From Clostridiales bacterium (GTDB lineage Bacteria; Bacillota; Clostridia; Christensenellales; UBA1242), in contig SVIA01000002.1 in the NCBI GenBank assembly GCA_015055535.1, forward strand, positions 16,314 through 80,313: a stretch of DNA of 64,000 bases, written 5' to 3'. The translations under genes were made by a program, and so were the position numbers. Position 1 is the stretch's first letter; every line of letters starts with the position of its first letter. Below the pieces are notes generated by a model. The model ran no database searches. It was not told the origin of the DNA and saw only the letters and a list, made by a program, of their open reading frames with translations. Positions 37,461 to 47,466 of the stretch are shown here, piece after piece.

Positions 37461-39125
37461 ATGGATTATAAGAAATTAGCGGAAATGTTATTTCCAAACA
37501 TTGATAAAAATATAGAATATTATTTAAATAAATATCCTAAAAGAGAATTAAAAGAAGGAGCGTTAGTTACGCGTGTTGCTCCAAGCCCAACTGGTTGGCT
37601 ACATATTGGAACAGTTTATCAAGCACTTTTAAATAAAACTTTAGCAGAGCAAAGTGGCGGTATATTTTATTTAAGAATAGAAGATACTGATGAAAAAAGA
37701 GAAGTTCAAGGCGCTGCTGATATAATGTATCCTTGTTTAAAAGAATTTGGCGTAGAACCTATGGAGGGATATGTTAATAGTGATTTACAAATTGGAGAAT
37801 ATGGCCCATATAAACAAAGTGAAAGAAAAGAAATTTATCAAGCATTTTGTAAAGAATTGGTTAGTAAGGGTTTAGCTTATCCTTGTTTTTGTAGCGGCGA
37901 TGATGAAGAAGATTGTGATTATAGAAAAGAGCAAAAAAGACTTGGGGTTCAAACGGGTTATTATGGAATATGGGCAAAATGCCGAAATTTAAGCTTAGAA
38001 GAAATTGAAGAAAATTTAAAACAAAAAAAACCATTTAAAATTAGAATTAAAGCAGATGGTGATGGAATAGAAAGAATTGTTATAGATGATGAGGCAAGAG
38101 GTAAAATTTCTTTCCCAAAAAACTTTATTGATTATGTAATTTTAAAAGAAGACGGTCAAGCGCTTTATCATATGGCACATTTGGTTGATGATACTTTAAT
38201 GCATACAAATTTAGTTGTGCGTGATGAAAGTTGGCTTCCATCTGTTCCACTTCATAAACAACTGTTTGAGTTTGCAGGTCTAAATAGTCCAAAATATTTG
38301 CATACTCCACAAATTTTAACTATAGATGAAAAAACTGGTAATGCAAGAAAAGTTAGTAAACGTTATGATCCATGGGCAGATAGTAGAGAATTTATAAAAC
38401 AAGGTATACCTAGTGATGCTATAAGAGAATATTTAATGATGCTTCTTAACTCTAATTTTGAAACATTTAGATTAAATAATCCAGATTTAGACATGAAAGA
38501 ATATAAATTTTCTATTTCTAACATGAATAAAAGTGGGGCTCAATTTGATCATGAAAAATTAAATTTCATTTCTAAAAATGTTATTAGCAAATTCTCGGCA
38601 GAAAAAGTTTATAACGAAGTTTTAAATTATTCTAAAGAATACGACAAAGAATTATATGAATTGTTAAATTCTAACAAAGATTACTGTATAAAAATGTTTA
38701 ATATTGAAAGAAATACTATTAAACCTAGAAAAGACATTGCAAAATTTAGTGATGTAAAAGGTTTGTATTATTACTTCTTTAATGAGTTGTTTGATAAAAA
38801 TTGTTATGATTTCGATGAAAGATTTAACAAAGAAGATATTTTAATGCTATTAAATAGATATCTTGAAACATATAATGAAGAAGATGAAAAAGATGTTTGG
38901 TTTGCCAAAATTAAGGTTTTGGGTGAAGATTTAGGCTTTGCTAGCGACATGAAAGTTTATAAACAAAACAAGGAAGCTTATAAGGGAAGTTATGCCGATA
39001 TTGCTTCTATTATAAGAATGAGTTTAACAAAAGAAAAAAATACACCAGATTTATATGAAATTTGCAAATTATTAACTAAAAAAGAAATAGCTCGAAGAAT
39101 AGAGATTTTAAACAAAAGTTTATAA
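37461..39125 (+). CDS. gltX: glutamate--tRNA ligase
   Basis: RVAPSPTGWLHIGT is the HIGH region. RIEDTD is present, and KVSKRYD is the KMSKS equivalent. Confidence 0.8.
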   Translation: MDYKKLAEMLFPNIDKNIEYYLNKYPKRELKEGALVTRVAPSPTGWLHIGTVYQALLNKTLAEQSGGIFYLRIEDTDEKREVQGAADIMYPCLKEFGVEPMEGYVNSDLQIGEYGPYKQSERKEIYQAFCKELVSKGLAYPCFCSGDDEEDCDYRKEQKRLGVQTGYYGIWAKCRNLSLEEIEENLKQKKPFKIRIKADGDGIERIVIDDEARGKISFPKNFIDYVILKEDGQALYHMAHLVDDTLMHTNLVVRDESWLPSVPLHKQLFEFAGLNSPKYLHTPQILTIDEKTGNARKVSKRYDPWADSREFIKQGIPSDAIREYLMMLLNSNFETFRLNNPDLDMKEYKFSISNMNKSGAQFDHEKLNFISKNVISKFSAEKVYNEVLNYSKEYDKELYELLNSNKDYCIKMFNIERNTIKPRKDIAKFSDVKGLYYYFFNELFDKNCYDFDERFNKEDILMLLNRYLETYNEEDEKDVWFAKIKVLGEDLGFASDMKVYKQNKEAYKGSYADIASIIRMSLTKEKNTPDLYEICKLLTKKEIARRIEILNKSL

Positions 39126-39197
39126 AATTTAAATAAAAATCTGATAAATGTATTGAAAAAATTTAAAAATATTGTATAATATAAAAGGAAGTTAAAA

Positions 39198-40019
39198 ATG
39201 CGTTATATAAAACTAAGTTTTAAGTACTTAATTAAAAATATTTTATATTTATTTTTAATGAGTTTAATTCCAGCAGTATTGTTTGGTGGTTTACTTAGTC
39301 CATTTAAGTTTATAGAATTTATTAACAACTATACTAGTTTAACTATAGTTAGTTTTTCAAACATGTTTCATGCTTTAATAGATGTTAGTTGGTTAAAAGT
39401 TCTATTTTATGTTATTTGTTTGGGTGTGCTAGGATTAGTAGTAAGTATTATTATTGGAGCAATCGAAAATCATTTTAGAAGTGGTAAGAAAAATTATTTA
39501 AAAATTAAAAATTATATAAACAACAATTTACTTGTTGTATTATTAAACATTATTTTAATATTTGTTATTAATTTTATTGTATCATTTTTATGCGCAACAT
39601 TAATTTATTTATTTCACATTATGTTTGCTGGATTAAATTCTAGTGCAAATGTTGGTTGTGTAATTGTTGCAATAATTGTTTTTGCTTTATATTTTTGTGT
39701 AATGGCAATAGTTAGCATGACACTTTTATTAAACATTCCAAACATGCTTATTAATGGATATAATTTTAAACAATCAATTTCAAATACTATTAATGTTATA
39801 GGCAAAAATTTTATTAATTTGCTGTTAGCTTATATTTTACCATATGCTGTTATTATTCCACTAATTTCTATTTTTAGTTTCAGTAGTGTAGCTATTCATA
39901 TAGTAAGTGGTGTTTGTATGGTAATTTCTATTATGTATTATTCTTCATTTGTTATGACGGCTTATTTTGATTTAAACAATATTATGCGTTATGATAATAG
40001 AAAATATTACAACATTTAA
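39198..40019 (+). CDS. hypothetical polytopic membrane protein
   Basis: About 6 hydrophobic helices. AAGGAAG SD and a TTGAAA..TATAAT promoter lie upstream. Confidence 0.45.
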   Translation: MRYIKLSFKYLIKNILYLFLMSLIPAVLFGGLLSPFKFIEFINNYTSLTIVSFSNMFHALIDVSWLKVLFYVICLGVLGLVVSIIIGAIENHFRSGKKNYLKIKNYINNNLLVVLLNIILIFVINFIVSFLCATLIYLFHIMFAGLNSSANVGCVIVAIIVFALYFCVMAIVSMTLLLNIPNMLINGYNFKQSISNTINVIGKNFINLLLAYILPYAVIIPLISIFSFSSVAIHIVSGVCMVISIMYYSSFVMTAYFDLNNIMRYDNRKYYNI

Positions 40020-40033
40020 TAAGGATAAAATTT

Positions 40034-40984
40034 ATGATATTTAAAAATACTTTCAAATTATTATTATCAAACTTTAATTTAACTTATAAAATATTATTGC
40101 ATAAATTAATTGCTTTTTTACTAGCTATTGGAATAGCTGGTACTATTGGCGAGCCATTTTTAATGCATTTGGCAGAAAATAAGGTTTTTGACTATATTTT
40201 AAATGAAACAATTTATTTGTTTGAAAATATTAATATTGGAAATATTTTTATTTACATAAAAACAATTTTTAATGAAATTATAATAGTTATCCAAAATTTA
40301 AATTTAAGTTTATTAATAAATGCATTAGTTGCTATTTGTACTTTCTTTGTTATTTATAAGTTAATTAGCGGTTTAAGTGAATTAGCTGTTATAGATTGTT
40401 TAAATGGCAATATGAGTAGTAAAACAAAACTTTCATTTTTTAAAAGTTTAATTTCAAAAATGTTTAAAAGTTTTTCAATGAGTATTATCAAATTTATCAT
40501 TTCAATTCCAGTAATAATTAGTTTAGGCTTTTTATTTTATTATGGCTTTATCTTCTATGATATTTATGGTGGAGTAGCAAAAATTTTAATACCATTTGTT
40601 ATGTTTTCTCTATTTGTATTAGTGATAGGTTTTTATTTAAGTTTAATAGCAGGTTTTTCTTCTAGTATCATTGTAAATGGAGAAGGTGTTTTTAAGAGTT
40701 TAAAACGTGGTTTTAGCGCAATTAATAAGAAATATTTTAGAGTTTTAAGTACAAGTATTATAATAGTATTTTTATTAACAATTTCTAATTTATTCTTAGC
40801 AGCTTATAGTTTTTTTGCGAGCTTAATTTTAACGCTTCCTATGACAACATTAATTTTGTGCTTATTTAAAATTGTTACATATTATGAGTGTAATGGTATG
40901 CGTTATTATGTTGGGGAAAATATTAGAACTCCGCTAAGAGTTTGCGAACAAGACAAAATGAAAAAATTAAAATATATAGTATAA
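40034..40984 (+). CDS. hypothetical polytopic membrane protein
   Basis: About 6 hydrophobic helices. AAGGA SD. It is co-directional with the previous gene. Confidence 0.45.
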   Translation: MIFKNTFKLLLSNFNLTYKILLHKLIAFLLAIGIAGTIGEPFLMHLAENKVFDYILNETIYLFENINIGNIFIYIKTIFNEIIIVIQNLNLSLLINALVAICTFFVIYKLISGLSELAVIDCLNGNMSSKTKLSFFKSLISKMFKSFSMSIIKFIISIPVIISLGFLFYYGFIFYDIYGGVAKILIPFVMFSLFVLVIGFYLSLIAGFSSSIIVNGEGVFKSLKRGFSAINKKYFRVLSTSIIIVFLLTISNLFLAAYSFFASLILTLPMTTLILCLFKIVTYYECNGMRYYVGENIRTPLRVCEQDKMKKLKYIV

Positions 40985-40994
40985 AGGAGGATTT

Positions 40995-42926
40995 ATGGAA
41001 AATAAAAATGAAAATGCTGAATCTCCTTCTAAAATAGATTTAACTAGAGTTTATGTAAATAATTCAACAAAATTAGAAAGTTATTCGGCAGGACAAAAAA
41101 ATAATAATAAAAAATATTACAAAAAAAATAATAAAAGTATTAGTGAAAATAAAAACGTTGAAAATTCAAATAACCCAAAAGAAAAAAACATTAAAGTTTT
41201 AACAGATGTTTACAGGTTAGAAGATGAAGGACAAAATAAAGAAAATGTTTTAAAAGTAAAAACTAAAAGACCAAATTCGAACTTAAAAGTTATGTTTTTA
41301 GGTGGTGTTGGCGAAGTTGGTAAAAACATGATGGCACTAGAGTACGGTAATGATATTATAATTATCGATTGTGGTGCAACATTTCCAAGCGATGATATGC
41401 CAGGAATTGATTTAGTTGTTCCAGATATAACTTATTTAAAAGCAAATAAAGATAAAATTAAAGGTATTGTTTTAACCCATGGACATGAGGATCATATTGG
41501 CGCAATACCATTTGTTTTAAATGATATTCATACTCCAATATATGGATCAAGATTAGCATTAGGATTAGTTGAAAATAAATTAAAAGAATATCCTAAAATT
41601 AAAGCTAAATTTGTAAGTGTAAAAGAAAGACAAACTATAAATCTTGGTTGTTTTACTATAGAATTTATACATGTTAATCATTCAATTCCAGGAGCAATGG
41701 CGTTAGCTATTACTACTCCTGTTGGTTTAATGCTTCATACTGGCGACTTTAAAATAGATTTTGAAAGTATGGATGGAAAAGTAACCGATCTTTCTCGTTT
41801 TGCTGAACTTGGGAAAAAGGGGGTTCTACTTTTAACTTGTGAAAGTACAAATGTAGAGAAAGAAGGCTATTCGATGAGTGAAAAAAGAGTGGCTCAAAGT
41901 TTAGACAATTTATTCGGTAAATTTTTAGATAAACGTTTATTTGTAGCAAGTTTTGCTAGTAATGTTTTAAGATTACAACAAATTTTAGATTTAGCAGAAA
42001 AATACGGTAGAAAAGTTGTGTTTACAGGTAGAAGTATGTTAAACGTAGCTGAAACAGCTTACAAAATTGGTGAACTTAAATTTAACAAAAACAATATAAT
42101 AGATATTGATAAAATTGGTGGTTATCAAGATAGCGAACTATTAATAATTACTACCGGTAGTCAAGGTGAGCCAATGAGTGCACTTACTAGAATGGCAAAT
42201 GGAGATTTTCAAAAAATAAAGCTTGATAGTAACGATGTTATTATTATGAGTGCAGCTCCAATTCCAGGTAACGAAAAAAATGTTAATAGTGTAATGAATA
42301 ATTTATATAAACTTGGCTGTGAAATTATTTATCATAGTTTAGCTGAAATTCACGCATCTGGTCATGCTTATAAAGAAGAATTAAAAATAATTCATAACTT
42401 AGTTAAACCTAAATATTTTTTACCAGTTCATGGTGAGTTTAGACATCAAAAATTCCATAAAGATTTAGCGGTAAATCTTGGTATGCCAGAAAAAAATATA
42501 ATACTAGCGGAAAATGGAAATAAAATAGAAGTTAACAAAAATGTATTTAAACTTTCTACTAACATTATTGCTGGTGAACGCTTAGTTGACGGTAATGGAA
42601 TGGGCGATATTGAAAGTGTTGTTCTACGTGATAGAAAACAATTAGCAGAAGAAGGTGTATTAGTTTCTATAATTGCTCTTGATAAATTCACCGGCGAATT
42701 ATTAAATGAACCAGAAATTATTTCTCGTGGATTAATTTACAATAATGAAGCTCAAAAACTTGTAGTAGAAGCAAGAAATGTTATAAAAGAAGCTTTAGAT
42801 GCTGTAAATATTATGGAAAATGATTTAAGTAGTGTTAAAAACAATGTAAGAAAACATTTAGCAAATTTCTTCTTTAAAAAGATGAAAAGACGTCCTATGA
42901 TTTTAACTATTATTGTGGAGAACTAA
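40995..42926 (+). CDS. rnj: ribonuclease J with an Asn/Lys-rich N-terminal extension
   Basis: The metallo-beta-lactamase motif is VLTHGHEDHIGA. A beta-CASP region is present and HASGHAYKEEL.. PVHGEFRH follows. AGGAGG SD is present. Confidence 0.85.
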   Translation: MENKNENAESPSKIDLTRVYVNNSTKLESYSAGQKNNNKKYYKKNNKSISENKNVENSNNPKEKNIKVLTDVYRLEDEGQNKENVLKVKTKRPNSNLKVMFLGGVGEVGKNMMALEYGNDIIIIDCGATFPSDDMPGIDLVVPDITYLKANKDKIKGIVLTHGHEDHIGAIPFVLNDIHTPIYGSRLALGLVENKLKEYPKIKAKFVSVKERQTINLGCFTIEFIHVNHSIPGAMALAITTPVGLMLHTGDFKIDFESMDGKVTDLSRFAELGKKGVLLLTCESTNVEKEGYSMSEKRVAQSLDNLFGKFLDKRLFVASFASNVLRLQQILDLAEKYGRKVVFTGRSMLNVAETAYKIGELKFNKNNIIDIDKIGGYQDSELLIITTGSQGEPMSALTRMANGDFQKIKLDSNDVIIMSAAPIPGNEKNVNSVMNNLYKLGCEIIYHSLAEIHASGHAYKEELKIIHNLVKPKYFLPVHGEFRHQKFHKDLAVNLGMPEKNIILAENGNKIEVNKNVFKLSTNIIAGERLVDGNGMGDIESVVLRDRKQLAEEGVLVSIIALDKFTGELLNEPEIISRGLIYNNEAQKLVVEARNVIKEALDAVNIMENDLSSVKNNVRKHLANFFFKKMKRRPMILTIIVEN

Positions 42927-43502
42927 ATGATTGAAAGTGAAATTAGAGAGTTTGCTAAAGAAAATTTTGTTCCAATAGTAAGACCAAAAACTAAAGAATT
43001 GTTAATTGAAAAAATAAAAGAAATAAATCCTAAAAATATTTTAGAAATAGGTACAGCAATTGGCTATTCTGGAATATTAATGCTTTTAAATTCTAATGCA
43101 AATTTAATTACTTTAGAAAAAAATGAAAATATGGCAGAACTTGCCATACAAAATTTTGAAAAAGAAAATTTATTAAATAGGGTTAATTTGGTTTTGGGTG
43201 ATGCTAAAAACTACATTGAAAATACAAAAGAAAAATTCGACTTTATATTTTTAGATGGGCCTAAAGGACAGTATTTAAACTATTTACCATATTTACTTAA
43301 AATATTAAATAAAAACGGATTACTTTTTTGTGATAATGTTTTATTTGAAGGATTGGTTAGAAGTGACATTATTGCACCTAAAAAACATAGAACAATTGTA
43401 AATTCTTTAAGAAAGTTTTTAAGTGTTATAGAAAATGATAATACCTTAAATGTTGAAGTTTTAGACTTGGAAGATGGCGTTGCACTAATAGAACATAAAT
43501 AA
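42927..43502 (+). CDS. class I SAM-dependent O-methyltransferase (family 3, YrrM/TrmR-like)
   Basis: ILEIGTAIGYSG is the SAM motif I. FDFIFLDGPKGQY matches the D.vFiDadK..Y pattern. Confidence 0.7.
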   Translation: MIESEIREFAKENFVPIVRPKTKELLIEKIKEINPKNILEIGTAIGYSGILMLLNSNANLITLEKNENMAELAIQNFEKENLLNRVNLVLGDAKNYIENTKEKFDFIFLDGPKGQYLNYLPYLLKILNKNGLLFCDNVLFEGLVRSDIIAPKKHRTIVNSLRKFLSVIENDNTLNVEVLDLEDGVALIEHK

Positions 43503-43513
43503 AAGGAAAAATT

Positions 43514-44722
43514 ATGAAAACATTAGCAGTTAAAGGCACAAAAGATTATTTGCCTAAAGAAGAAGAATTAAGAACTAATATTAAAAATATAATAGAAAAT
43601 ACTTATAAAAGTTATGGTTATGCTAAAATTAGTACTCCTATACTAGAAGATATTGAAAACTTAAAAAATAGTGATGGTGGCGATAATTTAAAGCTTATTT
43701 TTGAAATTTTAAAACGTGGCGATAAGTTTGATAAATCAATAGAAAACGGCGAGTATGAAAAGCTTAGTGACTTAGGTCTTCGTTATGATTTAACTTTACC
43801 ATTGACAAGATTTTACGCGCAAAATAAAGAAAATTTACCAAAGCCTTTTAAATCAATTCAAATAGATAGAGTTTATAGAGCAGAGCGCCCTCAAAAAGCA
43901 AGACTTAGAGAGTTTTATCAATGTGATATTGATGTTATTGGTGATGATAGCATTCAATCAGAAGTAGAATTAATTGTAGTTACTTTAAAAGCATTAGAAA
44001 ATTTAGGCCTAACTGATTTAGTTGTTAAAATTAACAATAGAAAGTTGTTAACCGAAGTTTTAACTAGTTTTGGTTATAAAAATGATGAAATATCAACTGT
44101 TTGCGTTAGTTTTGATAAACTAGATAAAATTAGTATTGATGATATAATTGCTGAATTAAATGAAAAGGTTGATAATAAATTAGCAAATGAAAATTTTTAT
44201 AAATTTTTACTAAATACTGATATTGACTATTCTAAATTTGAAAGCAAAAAAGAAGTTGATGAAATAATTAATTTAGTAAAACAAATTAATCCTAATATCA
44301 ACCTTAAATTTGATATATCACTTGTTCGTGGGCAAAGTTATTACACTGGTACAGTTTTTGAAATTTATAGCGAAAAATTATCGGGTGCTATTGGTGGCGG
44401 CGGTAGATATGATAATTTAATAGGCAAATTTACAGGTAAAAGTGAGCCAGCTGTTGGTTTTTCTATTGGCTTTGAAAGAATTTATACAATACTTGCTGAA
44501 CAAAACAAAGAATTTAATTCAAAGCAAAAAATTGCAGTATTTTATAATGAAGAAAACTATATTGAAAAATTTAAACTTAGTGAAACATTACGTGATACTT
44601 ATGTTGTAAGCTTATTAAAAATGCCTAAAAAATTAGGAAAGTTTTTAGATAAATTAACAGAAGATGGTTACTACGGTTTTGTAAATTCAAATACTAATGA
44701 AATAAAAGTTTTAGTGGCTTAG
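43514..44722 (+). CDS. hisS: histidine--tRNA ligase
   Basis: GTKDYLPKE, LRYDLTLPLTRFY, YRAERPQKARLREFYQCDIDVIG (motif 2) and GGGGRYDNLIGKF (motif 3) are all present. Confidence 0.8.
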   Translation: MKTLAVKGTKDYLPKEEELRTNIKNIIENTYKSYGYAKISTPILEDIENLKNSDGGDNLKLIFEILKRGDKFDKSIENGEYEKLSDLGLRYDLTLPLTRFYAQNKENLPKPFKSIQIDRVYRAERPQKARLREFYQCDIDVIGDDSIQSEVELIVVTLKALENLGLTDLVVKINNRKLLTEVLTSFGYKNDEISTVCVSFDKLDKISIDDIIAELNEKVDNKLANENFYKFLLNTDIDYSKFESKKEVDEIINLVKQINPNINLKFDISLVRGQSYYTGTVFEIYSEKLSGAIGGGGRYDNLIGKFTGKSEPAVGFSIGFERIYTILAEQNKEFNSKQKIAVFYNEENYIEKFKLSETLRDTYVVSLLKMPKKLGKFLDKLTEDGYYGFVNSNTNEIKVLVA

Positions 44723-44835
44723 CCACTTTTTATTTTAATTTTTTATATATTAAAGTAACATAATTAAAATATAATTATTTTAATAATAAACAAATAAAAA
44801 ACTATAAAAAATATTATCTTTCATAAACTAATTTT

Positions 44836-46041
44836 ATGAGAGATATTTTTTTATGTGATTTAAATAATTTTTATGCTAGTTGTGAAATGGCAATTGATGA
44901 AAGTATTCGTGATTTACCAGTTGCTGTTAGTGGAAGATTAGAAGAGCGAAAAGGTGTTGTTATTGCTAAAAATTATAAAGCAAAAGAAATGGGCGTAGAT
45001 GTAGGAGACCTTGTCTTTCAGGCACTACAAAAATGCCCTAACTTAGTTGTAAAGCCTACAAACTTTGAACTTTATAATAAGTACTCTAAAATGGTTAGAG
45101 AAATTCTTTTAAAATATACCGATAGAGTTGAGCCATTTTCTATTGACGAATGTTTTATGGATGTTACCAATTCAAAAATTTTTGGAACTCCACTTGAGAT
45201 TGCTAATAAAATAAAAGAAGAAGTTAAAGAAAAACTTGGTATTACTATGAGCATAGGGGTTAGTTATAATAAAACCTTTGCAAAAATTGCAAGTGAGTTT
45301 AAAAAGCCCGATGCAGTTAGCGTTGTAACTAAAGGGGACTATAAAGAAAAAATCTGGACGCTTGATATTTCTAAAATGGTGGGAATAGGTAAAAGGCTTG
45401 AAGAAAAACTTAAAAAATATAACATAAACACTATTAAAGATTTAGCAAATGTTGACTTTGATTTTATATCACGCTTGCTTGGTAAAGTTGGTCGAGATTT
45501 AAAAGCATATGCTAGTGGTGACGATTATAGAGAAGTCGATCTTTATGAACATTATATTATGCCCAAAAGTGTAGGCAACAGCACAACTTTTTATCGTGAT
45601 TTAATTAAAAAAGAAGATATAATACTCGGTTTTACTATAATAAGTGAAAGTGTTGTAAATCGAATGATTAAATATAATTTACAGTCTGCCCGAACTATGA
45701 CAGTTCATGCAAAAGACAAAGACCTAAATACTTTTAGCAAACAAGTGACTTTTGATTATCCGACCCGTAGTACAAATGTTATAACCCAAAAAGCAGTGGA
45801 AACTTTTTATAAATATTTTAATTTAAATAGTATAAGACTGCTTGGTATTCACTTAACTAATTTTAGTGATAGTTTTATAAACGATAATATTTTTAAAACA
45901 AAAGGCGAAAAAAATGATATTGATAAAGCAGTTTTAGAAATTAATCAGAAACTAGATAAAAAAGCCGTGTTTAAACTAAACAATCTACTCGATGATAAAA
46001 TTTCATCAAGCTTTGATAGACCACCCTTACAAAAAAAATAA
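44836..46041 (+). CDS. dinB: DNA polymerase IV (Y-family)
   Basis: CDLNNFYASCE, SIDECFMDVT, SIGVSYNKTFAKIAS and MVGIGKRLEEKL are present. Confidence 0.85.
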   Translation: MRDIFLCDLNNFYASCEMAIDESIRDLPVAVSGRLEERKGVVIAKNYKAKEMGVDVGDLVFQALQKCPNLVVKPTNFELYNKYSKMVREILLKYTDRVEPFSIDECFMDVTNSKIFGTPLEIANKIKEEVKEKLGITMSIGVSYNKTFAKIASEFKKPDAVSVVTKGDYKEKIWTLDISKMVGIGKRLEEKLKKYNINTIKDLANVDFDFISRLLGKVGRDLKAYASGDDYREVDLYEHYIMPKSVGNSTTFYRDLIKKEDIILGFTIISESVVNRMIKYNLQSARTMTVHAKDKDLNTFSKQVTFDYPTRSTNVITQKAVETFYKYFNLNSIRLLGIHLTNFSDSFINDNIFKTKGEKNDIDKAVLEINQKLDKKAVFKLNNLLDDKISSSFDRPPLQKK

Positions 46042-46061
46042 CTGCCATAGGCAGTTTTTTG
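46040..46061 (+). terminator. rho-independent terminator after dinB
   Basis: AACTGCC-ATA-GGCAGTT followed by a T-run. Confidence 0.65.
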
Positions 46062-46081
46062 TTTGTAAAATTAATCCTTAT

Positions 46082-46133
46082 TTTTATTTATTTTTTAATA
46101 ATTCAATTAAATTTTGTTTTTTATTTTCTGGCA
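46082..46133 (+). repeat. 52-bp direct repeat, copy 1 (left boundary of the two-gene cassette)
   Basis: TTTTATTTATTTTTTAATAATTCAATTAAATTTTGTTTTTTATTTTCTGGCA is identical over all 52 nt to 47030-47081. Confidence 0.9.
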
Positions 46134-46197
46134 CTTAAATTTTAATATTTAATTTTTGTATGATATACTTGCTAAAAAATTAAAAAGGAGTTAAAAT

Positions 46198-46737
46198 ATG
46201 GGAATAATTGATAAACTTGTAACAAAAGATAGTAACGGCGAATTTATTATTCATTCATGGGAAGAGTGGAAACATATTTCAGGAGGCATACTTCATTGTC
46301 CTATTTGCTTGTCTTTACACGAATGTTGGTTTAATACATTAAAAAAGCCTGAAAGTCCTTTACACGAAAAATGTCATTGTATAACTAAACATATATCAAA
46401 ACCAATTCCTTATGTAAATGCAAAAGCAGAGTGTGATATAAAAAAATTTACAGATTATATTTTTAGTGATAAATATGCTTGGAATGGTAAAAGAACATTG
46501 TTTGAAAATTTGGGCTTTACAAAAGAAGATTCATATTATTTAAAAGAAGAATATGAGAAACAAGCAGTTATTAAATATACAGAATCACAATATAAATTAC
46601 AAAAGTTAAATTGGAACGGGCAAAGAATTAATATAGATATTGAATTTATTAAAAATGGAAGAAGTATTAAATTTACATCTGGATGGATGGTTCGTCCAAA
46701 GGGAAAGATTACTAATAATACACCGTTAGGAGATTAA
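46198..46737 (+). CDS. MuF/SPP1-gp7-type Cys/His motif fused to a DUF6883-like domain (toxin/effector candidate)
   Basis: HCPICLSLHECWF..PESPLHEKCHC matches the C..C..l.G....P.lHpnCrC motif of the gp7/MuF family. KFTDYIFSDKYAWNGKRTLFENLGF and the C-terminal SGWMVRPKGKITNNTPL resemble DUF6883 as I recall it. AAGGAG SD is present. Confidence 0.5.
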   Translation: MGIIDKLVTKDSNGEFIIHSWEEWKHISGGILHCPICLSLHECWFNTLKKPESPLHEKCHCITKHISKPIPYVNAKAECDIKKFTDYIFSDKYAWNGKRTLFENLGFTKEDSYYLKEEYEKQAVIKYTESQYKLQKLNWNGQRINIDIEFIKNGRSIKFTSGWMVRPKGKITNNTPLGD

Positions 46738-46738
46738 T

Positions 46739-46969
46739 ATGAAATATTTAGATTTGGTTGAATTAATAAATGAGAAAGAAAGTTATAAAAATGCTGGGGT
46801 GAAAAAGGGCGATTTTGGGGCGATTATGAGCGAAACACAAATCAATGGTAAATGGCAAGTTATATTTTCAGAATTTTATACAGGTAAAGATATTGCAAAT
46901 ATTATGGTTTTAGAAGAAGATTTAAAAGTTCATGATTTTATGCCTTTAAATAAATATCTAAAACAATAA
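46739..46969 (+). CDS. DUF4926-like small protein (antitoxin/immunity candidate)
   Basis: The protein is 76 aa. DLVELI....GVKKGDFGAIMSE...GKWQVIFSEF matches the DUF4926 pattern as I recall it. The start codon overlaps the upstream stop region (TAATATG). Confidence 0.5.
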   Translation: MKYLDLVELINEKESYKNAGVKKGDFGAIMSETQINGKWQVIFSEFYTGKDIANIMVLEEDLKVHDFMPLNKYLKQ

Positions 46970-46982
46970 TTAATATAAAAAT

Positions 46983-47005
46983 AACAGGCAAAGCCTGTTT
47001 TTTTA
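46983..47005 (+). terminator. rho-independent terminator after the cassette
   Basis: AACAGGC-AAA-GCCTGTT followed by a T-run. Confidence 0.65.
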
Positions 47006-47029
47006 TTTCTAAACCTGCTTTTTATAAAA

Positions 47030-47081
47030 TTTTATTTATTTTTTAATAATTCAATTAAATTTTGTTTTTTATTTTCTGGCA
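47030..47081 (+). repeat. 52-bp direct repeat, copy 2 (right boundary of the cassette)
   Basis: Identical to 46082-46133. Confidence 0.9.
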
Positions 47082-47144
47082 TTGATTTAAAATTTAATTC
47101 AATATTTTTTTAATTTTATCTTTCAGTAAAATTGTTTAAAGTGT

Positions 47145-47173
47145 TTGACAAAATTTTTTTATTGTTGTATTAT
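47145..47173 (+). promoter_or_regulatory. sigma-A promoter of the T-box leader
   Basis: TTGACA (47145-47150), 17 nt spacer, TATTAT (47168-47173) preceded by TG. Confidence 0.65.
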
Positions 47174-47179
47174 TTACCT

Positions 47180-47437
47180 AGAGAAACGATATATAAGTTT
47201 GAGGAGTACTTTTACAAGCCTTGTAGAGAGTAATTGCCGTGGGCTGAAAGCAATTTAAGAAACTATAAAAGGAAGGTAGCAAACGAGTTCGGGCGAAGAA
47301 GAATAGTAGAACGCTCGCGTAGTTGAAATAATACGTTAGTTTAAAAAGAGGAAAATGTAAAACATTTTTAAATTAAGGTGGTACCACGATTTAAGCATTT
47401 AGTCGTCCTTATAGAAAATCTATAAGGCGTTTTTTAT
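47180..47437 (+). promoter_or_regulatory. T-box riboswitch leader (probable Val specifier GUA) controlling valS-ileS
   Basis: Stem I has a GTTTG/CAAAC lower helix and an AGGAGTA 5' loop. It also has a CTTTTA/TAAAAG helix and an AGAGA bulge (47225-47229). The specifier loop is GAAGGTAG (47272-47279). An F-box-like ACGTTAG is present. The T-box sequence is AATTAAGGTGGTACCACG (47371-47388). The terminator CG(T)CCTTATAG...CTATAAGGCG plus T-run spans 47404-47436. Confidence 0.8.
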
Positions 47438-47466
47438 TTTAAAAGAAAAAAGGAAGGAAAAAGATT

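Noticed and set aside
47275-47277. GGU (Gly) as the T-box specifier codon
   Set aside because: It follows the glyQS-like GAA+codon register, but it leaves an extra G before the lower helix. GUA followed by the purine that abuts the helix fits the downstream valS better. It is kept as an explicit ambiguity in the findings rather than as a call.
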